A stretch of DNA of 32,000 bases from an uncultured archaeon (GTDB taxonomy: Archaea; Asgardarchaeota; Thorarchaeia; Thorarchaeales; CAZPUN01). A program made the translations under genes and the position numbers. Below the pieces are notes generated by a model that did not search any database, had not been told where the DNA came from, and saw only the letters and a program-made list of their open reading frames with translations. Location of the stretch: contig CAZPUN010000021.1 of assembly GCA_964589775.1 (NCBI GenBank), forward strand, positions 120,001-152,000, read 5' to 3'. Shown piece by piece: positions 18,572-27,900 of this stretch; positions within the stretch are counted from its first letter, which is position 1; every line of letters begins with the position of its first letter.

Positions 18572-19606
18572 TTATCGTTTCTCCCTCTGTGTTTGTAGTA
18601 CGGTCTTAAAACCGAAGAATGTCATTAGGAATCCAATTATAGTAATAATTGCTGAAACAATGCCCGGGGTTGTTTCGTCTAATATGAAAAACAATTGTGC
18701 TAATTGCGCAAAAATGGCTGATAAAACGATTCCAATAAGTCCTATGGTGCCCCAAAGAATACGTTGCTTCATAGTAATGGGTATTTCGCCAATTACAACT
18801 TTTCCATTATTTGTATCTATTGCAACTTTGTATATATCCTTTCCAAATTTGTACCTAATTAATGTAAACGGCGTTTGCAAATATTTTGTATCTCTGACTT
18901 GTACTTGAGTGTTACAATCAAATAGATCTTCTAAGCCACTTTTTGCCATAGCTCTATGGCGGTCCTTGACTCTATCTGTAACTGCTCGTACAAACTCATT
19001 CTCATCTATTTCGGAGTTTAATATTATGGGTTTGTGTGGCTTGATCTTTTCAAAATCATATGGTTCAGCTTTTGATACATCCAAGCTGTTCAAATATTCT
19101 TCCAGTCCATAGAAACGTGCATATTTTCTAGCGAGCATTTTCTCGTCTGTATCTGAATGTATTTCATCATCCACTGGCACATATCCCGTTTCATAATGCG
19201 TTTCGGTGTATGTTTCTGTCTGCCCATCTGCGTTTGTTCTAGTTTTTGTTTCGGTAACTGGAACTTGTACCGTCTTATAACCCGTGTAATGCGTATCTGC
19301 TTTGACTTTTGCATACCATGTAGGTACGTATAGTAAAGTATGCTCTACAATTTGTGAATTCAAAAGTTCTTTGTTAATACCTTTATTTTTATCTAGAAAC
19401 TTTCTGAAGGTTTCTTCGATCTTTTTCTTATCTTTTGCAGGTAAGAACAAGTGTGCTTTTATTTCATTTCCTTCAACTGATGCCGTAAAGCCGCAATATT
19501 CACATGTGTAAATTACATCATCGGGACCAACACGGATATTCGCACCACAATTGTGGCACTTGAACATCTTATCGACTTCCGGCATCTCTTCAGAACTAAC
19601 TGCCAT
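18572..19606 (-). CDS. YdjG-like Zn-ribbon protein with C-terminal membrane anchor (paralog 1)
   Basis: CHNC..CEYC, LLYVPTW, TPFTLIRYKFGKDIYKVAIDTNNGKVVIGEIP, two C-terminal TM helices; AGGAGG SD at 19614-19619. Confidence 0.75.
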   Translation of the reverse strand: MAVSSEEMPEVDKMFKCHNCGANIRVGPDDVIYTCEYCGFTASVEGNEIKAHLFLPAKDKKKIEETFRKFLDKNKGINKELLNSQIVEHTLLYVPTWYAKVKADTHYTGYKTVQVPVTETKTRTNADGQTETYTETHYETGYVPVDDEIHSDTDEKMLARKYARFYGLEEYLNSLDVSKAEPYDFEKIKPHKPIILNSEIDENEFVRAVTDRVKDRHRAMAKSGLEDLFDCNTQVQVRDTKYLQTPFTLIRYKFGKDIYKVAIDTNNGKVVIGEIPITMKQRILWGTIGLIGIVLSAIFAQLAQLFFILDETTPGIVSAIITIIGFLMTFFGFKTVLQTQREKR

Positions 19607-19640
19607 AGTAGGTCCTCCTTAATTAATTATCAATTGATTA

Positions 19641-19750
19641 GCTGGCACCCTCTCCGCGATGGACTGCGGAGGTTTTGCGTATAGGCTATCTAATGATAAC
19701 CATTTTGCGCATAATACTCGCGGTGCCTCCGCGAGGGAGCAAATCGCTCC
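19641..19750 (-). promoter_or_regulatory. Candidate structured RNA (cis-regulatory leader or small ncRNA/miniature element), family unassigned
   Basis: GC-rich island in an AT-rich intergenic region, with four hairpins and long-range complementarities; ends about 20 nt upstream of the SD of 18572..19606. Confidence 0.5.
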
Positions 19751-19995
19751 ATTTTTATTCTGAGGATGTTTTTTGTTTAGATACATTGTAGTTTCGAAGG
19801 TTCTAAATCCTCAATTACTTAATTTATGTTATATGCTTACACTTTTATTAACTTTTAGGCAATTCATTAATGCCTTCGGAAGCAATATTTTTCCATTTTT
19901 CCTAAAAGAATTTTGGCTACTAAAAATAAAAAATTGAAGAAGTATATGATACTATTAGTGCTATTGTTGATGGTATTTTGATATTTTTTGATTAT

Positions 19996-20631
19996 TTAAT
20001 CTTCTATTTGTTCTATCATTAATCTATAATTCGGTAAGCTTCCCAATTTCTCGTTGATTTCCTCGATCACATAATCCCGAAATTGATCATCTGGCTGTAA
20101 AAACTTGAGTTTTACAAATATTTCATTATTCTTAATACCAAACTCCTTCACGATATTGAGTGTAAGTATGTCTTTTCCGTACCATGGATGCATAACTTTG
20201 CGTAATCGGCGTCTGATCAATGATTCATCCACAATTATTTCTTTTGCTAAGCCGTGTGTTTCTTCATAGTTTTGAATTGCTGATTTCAGGCTGTCAATCG
20301 CAAGTACTGCACAATGCATTTTCACCGGTGGCAATCCACCTAATGCTTTGTCTATATCTCTAATTGTTAGTCTTTTTGCCTCTTCGATTGTTTTTCCTTT
20401 CGCAATTATTGTAACCATAGATGCTGTAGCAATATTTGATGCACATCCATACGACTTGAATTTAATATCTTCGATTACATGCGTTTTATCGTTTACTTTT
20501 AATGTTAATGAGATCATATCTCCACAAGCTATGCTCCCTTCGATTGCTTTCGCATTTGCATCTTCTACTTCTCCAACATTTATTGGATTTGTAAACAGCT
20601 CAATCACTTTGTCACTATATCTATTTGACAT
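19996..20631 (-). CDS. iscU: Fe-S cluster scaffold IscU/NifU_N with a C-terminal DUF59 (FeS_assembly_P)-like domain
   Basis: YSDKVIELFTNPINVG, ACGD, YGCAS, LPPVKMHC; tail IRRRLRKVMHPWYGKDILTLNIV resembles DUF59. Confidence 0.88.
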   Translation of the reverse strand: MSNRYSDKVIELFTNPINVGEVEDANAKAIEGSIACGDMISLTLKVNDKTHVIEDIKFKSYGCASNIATASMVTIIAKGKTIEEAKRLTIRDIDKALGGLPPVKMHCAVLAIDSLKSAIQNYEETHGLAKEIIVDESLIRRRLRKVMHPWYGKDILTLNIVKEFGIKNNEIFVKLKFLQPDDQFRDYVIEEINEKLGSLPNYRLMIEQIED

Positions 20632-20651
20632 TTCTAATCACCGCGTTCCTC

Positions 20652-21794
20652 TCAAATTGGGCTTAGCTCTAATAGCTTTTTAATAATTTCATGTACTGCC
20701 TCAATGGTGTAATCAATCTCTTCAATTGTATTATATTTTCCAATTGTAAATCGGACAGATCCGTTGGCATCTTCATGGGTTTTGCCCATTGCAAGTATAA
20801 TACTACTTGGTTCCAATACTGGACTAAAACATGCAGATCCTGTATTTACTATTATGCCTTTTTTGTCGAGCCATAGTGTAATAGCTTCACCTTCTACACG
20901 TCGAAATGAAATGTTTACATTATTATAGTTTCTTTTATCGCCTGTTGGTCCATTTAGTGAGGCATTTTTTAGTTCAAGAAGCCCTTTTATCAGTCTGTCT
21001 CTCATTTTTTTGATGCGAGTCACATCGTTATTGTCCCATATCTCTATTGCTTTCTTGAATCCCATAATTGCAGGCATATTGGGGTCTCCTGGTCGTCTAC
21101 CGAATTCATTTGGTGCTCCACTTATTGGTGATTCAATTGGTACATTACGAGAAATATATAATGCGGCAGCTCCCTTTGGTCCATATATTGGACTTGCATC
21201 AATTGTTAGAAGGTCTATCCCAAGATCCTTTACATTAATTTTATTTGCCAAAAATGAATATGTTGCATCAACATGAAGAAATGCATCGTAATCGTGGACA
21301 ATACTCGAAATTTGCTTTAAGTCATTTAGGCTTCCTATTTCGTGATTCGCATGCATTATTGATACCAAAAATGTGTCTTCATTGATTTTCTCACTCAAGT
21401 CATCAATGTCTATAAAACCATCTGGAGTTGGTCTAATAATACCTACTTCGAAACCGTGATGTCTTTTCATATAATAAGCTGAATTCTTCTGGCATTTACG
21501 TCCAATTTCAGAAACTAATAATGTCTTTTTTTTCTTTGATCTTAGACTTGGTCCTTTAATTGCAATATTGTCTGATTCAGTTGAACCTGAAGTAAATATC
21601 ACTTCATTTTCTTCTGCGCCTATGGCATCTGCTACGGTCTTTCTTGCTTCTTCAAGAGATTGTAATAAATGTACACCCATACTATGTCCAACTTCAGAAG
21701 TTGGTAATCCATAATATTCGACTAAATATTTCTCAATTTCTCTCACAACTCTATCATCAGCTCTTGTTGCGAGAGCATTATCTAAATATATCAC
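20652..21794 (-). CDS. iscS: IscS/NifS-like cysteine desulfurase homologue lacking the PLP Schiff-base lysine
   Basis: IYLDN, FTSGSTESDN, ANHEIG, HVDAT, YGPKG, EGEA, TGSAC. Canonical SxHKxYGPKG reads DASPIYGPKG. GTG start. Confidence 0.88.
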   Translation of the reverse strand: MIYLDNALATRADDRVVREIEKYLVEYYGLPTSEVGHSMGVHLLQSLEEARKTVADAIGAEENEVIFTSGSTESDNIAIKGPSLRSKKKKTLLVSEIGRKCQKNSAYYMKRHHGFEVGIIRPTPDGFIDIDDLSEKINEDTFLVSIMHANHEIGSLNDLKQISSIVHDYDAFLHVDATYSFLANKINVKDLGIDLLTIDASPIYGPKGAAALYISRNVPIESPISGAPNEFGRRPGDPNMPAIMGFKKAIEIWDNNDVTRIKKMRDRLIKGLLELKNASLNGPTGDKRNYNNVNISFRRVEGEAITLWLDKKGIIVNTGSACFSPVLEPSSIILAMGKTHEDANGSVRFTIGKYNTIEEIDYTIEAVHEIIKKLLELSPI

Positions 21795-21984
21795 GCCTAA
21801 TCACCCACTTAACTATAGTTAAGTGCCTAATTCTATTAAATTTATAGTTATAATATCTGATAGAAAAAATATACATATTATTCTTTGGATTTCATACAAG
21901 ATTTCTTTATAAATTTAAAAATAATTATGAATATTATCTATTGCGTGTAGGAGTAGAGTGTATTAGCACTACTGAATAAATAAA

Positions 21985-24900
21985 ATGGAGCGGGTATTAT
22001 TGAAGAAAAAGGGATTATTAATATTAATGGTCTTCATCCTCATGATTCAATTTTCAGGTCCAGATGTTGTCAATATGAATAAAAATGACAGATCTGTTGA
22101 TTCTGATGTAAACCATCTTATTTCAAATTATGATGGTTCATATACTGGTATTGGTGATTCGCGAGAAGTCACTGAGTTTGCTTATGGTGAAAATAAATCT
22201 ATTTCGCGAACTGACCTGGATTCCGGAGAGACATTTAATAACTATATTCAAGTTCCACCAAAATGGAATACATATGCTGTTGATTCTGTGATTTATGATA
22301 CTTATGAAACAGCCCAATGGGTTTCAAATTCTGCTTTTTCTGGAACTGCATCTCCGTGGTATTACGTTGAAAATGACACATATTCTATTTGTTACGGCAC
22401 ATATTCTACCACTGGTGGATATGTTATGACGAGTTTTAACATCAGTAACGATATGGTAACTCCAGAGATGTTTGCTGCTTACCGCCAGGATGTATATATT
22501 GCACGATGGCATCCGACAAATGTGTGGGTGAATTTTACATATTATGCTAACCATACAGCGTCTGATTATCTTCCAGGATTTTATATATATGTAAAAGTGG
22601 GTAATGTTTACGAGCGTGATTATTTCGTATTTTCCACGAATGATAATCTAAATCAGTGGATTTCTGGTTCGTTTATGCTTCCGTCTGATTCAATATCAAA
22701 TCTCTTGCTTCCTGGTGTTGTTCCTATTGAAGTGGGTATCGGAACGACCTATAATACATACATTCTCGATACGTATGATGTAGCTGTAAGATGGGATAAT
22801 GTTCAATTGAGTATGCGCGCCGAGGCTATTCCTAATGATCTTGGAATTAAGATGAATGCTACTTCTGTGCCCGCTCCATCTACTAATAGTAATACTACAT
22901 ATATTGTATCTGATAGTCGCGATGCGTATTCTCTTGGTAGTACAATTGACGTTGATGGTTCAAGTTCTGCGCTCTATTTTGGTTATGATAGTAGTTCAAA
23001 TAAGGAAGAAGCAGGCTTACAGTTTGCATTACCCATTCCACAAGGGGCTTTAATTACTAATGCATATCTAACATTAAAGGCTGCAGCAACCGCTGGGGCG
23101 TCATTTACTGCCAAAATATATGTGGGTGCTACAACGAATCCTGCGGCTTTTTCCGCCTCGTCTAGTTCGAGTATTTCAGATATGTATACATTTTGGTATT
23201 ATTCTGTTGATTGGACTGTTTCAAGTTGGAGTGTTGGTTCTACTTACCAATCACCTGATATTTCCAAATTAATTCAGCGTGTTGTTTCAAATCGTACTTG
23301 GACAAGTGGAAGTTATGTCTTGATAAAGATTGATCCCGGTAATGCTGGTAGTAATAATTACAGAGCATTTTATGATTCCTCATCTGGAACGTCTAATGCT
23401 GCGAACTTGACAGTTCAGTGGAAGACTTTGGAAAGTTCAACTGTAACCTTTACTGGCAATATACCTAATGATTCAAATAATTGGAAGAATGTTTGCGTTA
23501 ATTTTACATCGACTAACTCGAATATTGATTTTATGAACGATTTGAAAGCTTATGTAAATCGTACTTCATCCACTACCACGCAATCTGGTGCTAGTGGCGT
23601 TGAATTTTCAGTATCAAATGATTCTTCAGTTGAATGGACTGCTTACTTTTATGCAGCTACGCCATCTGGCTATAGCTTGTATAACTTCAGTGTATCTAAG
23701 CCTACAGATTGGGTTGCTACGCATGTTTATAATCCACTAAATGTTGATAAATTAAGTTCATGTACTGGTGGTACATCCTCTGATGATTATGTAGGTGTTC
23801 CTAATTCCATTGCGCAAACTTATGGTACTTGGAAACTTGTATTTACACAAACAAATCGTGTCACAAACGTGTCTCTTTATGATTATACAAATTCCAGATA
23901 TGTGTCTTGGATTAATTTCACAGCTGGTGACTCAACGAAAGTTCGAGCTCAATTCACTTCAGCTGCAGATGGTACCATAGCGCACCTGAATATTTATGCT
24001 CCTGATGGAAGTATATGGTATTGTGAAGAAAAAGCTATATCGTCCAATCTGGTTGAGTTCAGTAAGGTAACCTTTGCAGGTAGTAATTCATCTGCTGGAA
24101 AATGGACTGTTGAAGTTTATTGGAATAATTCAAATGCTGGTACTTTATACCAGGCAGGAGAATTCACGAGGCATTTCGGTGTTCTTCATACAATGGATAT
24201 GGCTATGATTCTGCCGTCTGATGCTTCTTCAGATTGGGCCACAGAAGCTATTTCCGGTGATTTAATTCTTGTAAAAGTTCGTCTTGATGATCAACAAAGT
24301 GGCGAGCACATTGCAGGTGCAACAGTTACATGTAATTGGACTGATGGCGGTTCACCAACAACTATTACCTTTAATGATCTTGGAACTGGAGAATATACCG
24401 CATCTCTAAATACTACTCAGCTTGGAGGAATTGGAACTTATAAAGTAAATATAACTGGAGTAAAAGATTACCTTGGAAAGATTCAGAAATGGCTTACAAT
24501 AAATGTATCCGCTGCAACAACGCTTACTTCTGATAATTATCCTTCTGTTTCAGTAGAATGGAATTTCAATACTACACTTGAAATAGTTTATCAAACCACA
24601 GGCGGAACAGGAATTACAGGTGCTAGTATCAGCTGTGATTGGCCTGCAAATAGTTACCACATTACTGAAGGTGGTACTGCAGGACATTATCTAATTGAAC
24701 TCAATACAAGTGTATATACGTTAGGGAACCATCCAATCCATATCTCTGCAGAAAAGACTTTCTATCAAAAGCAAAACATTTCAATTACCGTAATTATTAC
24801 TGAACGTGCTACAACTTTGACCTATTCACCTCCTGATACTGTTCCAGTGGGCGATAATTTGGTTGTAGTTTTGACATATCAAGGAGTTACAGACGGCAAA

Positions 24901-27900
24901 TACATTGACACTGCTACAATTTCTGCAAATAACGGTACTCTTGTATCCTCGACACCACTTGGTTCTGGTCAGTATCGTGTTGTGATCGATGGTTCTTCAT
25001 TTAATGTAGGATATGTATGGATTAATCTTTCCGCGTCATATTCTGGCGAGCCATACTATCAGAATCGAAGTATCGTGATTCGTTTCACAATTAGAAATAT
25101 CAGTACTACAATTGATTCAGACCAATATCCACAAGTAACTACACCATATGATGTGGATGTTAATATTACATTAACATATGTAGATGTCGATCATTCGACT
25201 AATATCGCGGGTGGTACAGTAAAATCAAATGGTACAATCACATGGCATGATCAAGGAAACGGCGATTATTCAGTTAGAATCGATGTTAGTGGATACGGAA
25301 TTGGGACGCATTATGTGCAATTTACAATTACTAAGAATAATTATGATGTGGCTACCATAATCATACGTGTTGTAATACGTCGCTATAATACACTGCTTTC
25401 GTATGATCCTGTACCTAGCACGCCAATAGATGAAAATGTTATAATTTACGTGCATTATATTGTGTCCGATGTAGAAAGTGGTCATAACGGCGAAGGAATT
25501 AATAATGCAACAATTACATGTAATGTATCCTCATATACTGTAGTTGGGCTTGGCAATGGTGATTACAAGATTATAATTGATTCTTCTGTATTCACGACAA
25601 CTGGTGATTATGGGATTCAGGTGACCGCAACGCCGACTTCAATTTCTCCTGACATTTATCAATCGGCATCGTTTGATAGTTTGTCGGTCACAATTAGAAA
25701 GCTTACAATGACCGTGGAATATCAGCCTCTATCCGCAATACCTCATGGCGAGAATGTATCTTTGTGGGTTCAATACGTAGTATCCGATGCTGCAAGTTCT
25801 CAAGATGGTACTGCAATAGGTGGGGCGCAATCCGGTATATCTGTGAATTACACATATTATACAGTATATGTTGAATCCAATAATTGGTATCGTATTGAGA
25901 TAAACGCATCTCACTTTGATGAACTCAAGGTTTATTATATCACAGTTACAATTGATGGTTCTGCCGCAGGACTCACGAAATATTCTTCGGCGACTCGTAA
26001 TTCAATTCCCGTTCAGATCCGTAGAATTCAGACAAGTCTGACTTATGATGCAATTCCGAGTGTTCCTATAGGTGAAAATGTAACAATTCATGTTTATTAC
26101 AAAGTATCTGATACTGCTAGCAGTCAAAACGGAGATGGTTTATCATTTGATAAGAGTCAAATTGTCTGTAATTACTCAGTATATCAAGTAATTGTTGTTG
26201 GAAATGGTGAATTTATAATTAAAATAAATGCGTCCGAATTCACTTATGGGTATTTTGCGGTTCAGATAGATGCATCTACAACTGGACTAAGTAATGATTA
26301 TTATGAAAGCCAAACTGTTATCACAGGTAAATTTGAAGTTCGAAAGCTATATACTGTAGTCGTAAATCAGCCTGTATCTGATGTTCCATATGGCGATGAT
26401 GCGATCATTTACGTAACTTGGGAGGTTCGTGATTCTGCAAGTTCTGAAGACGGATCATTAATCTCGGGAGGTTCTGTAGAAACTAATGCAACGTCTTCCT
26501 ATACTGAGACATCTTCCGGACATTACAAGATAACCATAGATTCCAGTGTATTTACTTCTGTAGGTACATGGTATATTGATATTACATTATACAAGTCCGG
26601 TTCTCATTATGAAAATGGAACATTAAATGGCTTGAGAATTATTGTCCGCGTTATATACACTTCTGTAGATTCTCCTGATTATCCTCAAGTTGTAACTCCA
26701 TACGGTGTAAATGTTCAAATAAGTTTGACATACCATGATGAAGACCATAGCACAGTCATTTCAGGTGGTTCTGTGGTTTCTAATGCTTCATTAGATAGTC
26801 AAACTGATAATGGTGATGGTACTTATACTGTCGTTATTGATGTAAGTAGTTATGGAATTGGCACTCATGTATTCTACTTCAATGTGTCGAAATCCAATTA
26901 TGATACTGCTACGATTGTAATCCGTATTGTGATACGTCGCTATTTAACAACCCTTACTTATGACCAGATCAATGCAGTACCGTCTGGTGATGATCTTGTC
27001 ATTACTCTTCATTACACAGTGTCTGACTCTGAAAGTGGACATGATGGTGAATATATCATAGGAGCTACAATTATTACAAACTATTCACAATCTGATTATA
27101 CCTTCTCATGGGATTCTACGAATCATGTATACATTCTTACAATCTATGGGTCTGCGATTTCATCCGTGGGTGTTCACTGGATAATTATTAATGCGACCAC
27201 TGCTGGCTCTGCAAGTGATATTTATGCAAATGCTACTACTAATGCAATTTCATTTACAGTTCGTGCAATCTCTACTACAACAACTTCGCCTGACTATCCT
27301 AGAGTTGTAGTTCCCTATGGCAATAATGTTAATGTATCAGTAACTTACAAAGATCTAGACCATAATACAGTTATCTCCTCCGCATCTGTAAGTGCAAATG
27401 TTTCTATACAATGGACCGATAATGGTGACGGAACATATTCGATTAGAATTTTGTCGAACAGTTATAATCTTGGAACATATCATGTTAATATAACACTTAC
27501 AAAAGCAAACCACGATTCATCATCTATTGTGATCGATGTGCAGGTCCGAAGATATTACACGTCTCTAACTTATGATGCTATTTCCGAAACGCCGTATGAT
27601 GAGAATGTTACCATTATTATTCATTATGTTGTTGATGATGCTGAAAGTGGACATGATGGTGAAGGTATTACGGGACTTGCATCGAATGTCTGGTGTAATT
27701 ATACGTTCACAGCTTATGAATTGGGGAACGGAGACTACAAGATCGTTATTTCAAAATCCGATCTAACCAGTCTTGGGCGTTATTATGTTACAATTGAAAT
27801 AAACTCAACTGGTACTAGTCCGGACATCTATACGGCTCAAACATTAACTAGTGTGCCGTTTACAATTCGTAGAATTTACACATCTCTTACATACGAAGGT

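Noticed and set aside
19722-19745. TCC-GCGA-GGGAGCAA resembling SRP RNA helix 8
   Set aside because: The CAGG side of the symmetric loop is missing and the GC-rich island (~110 nt) is far shorter than archaeal SRP RNA.
19641-19800. Assignment to tRNA, HDV-like or hammerhead ribozyme, SAM-II, fluoride or c-di-AMP riboswitch
   Set aside because: Only fragments match (CTGAGGA without a following GAAA; GATTTG and CAGCTAA too far apart; no cloverleaf/T-loop; no P1.1). The element is kept as unassigned.
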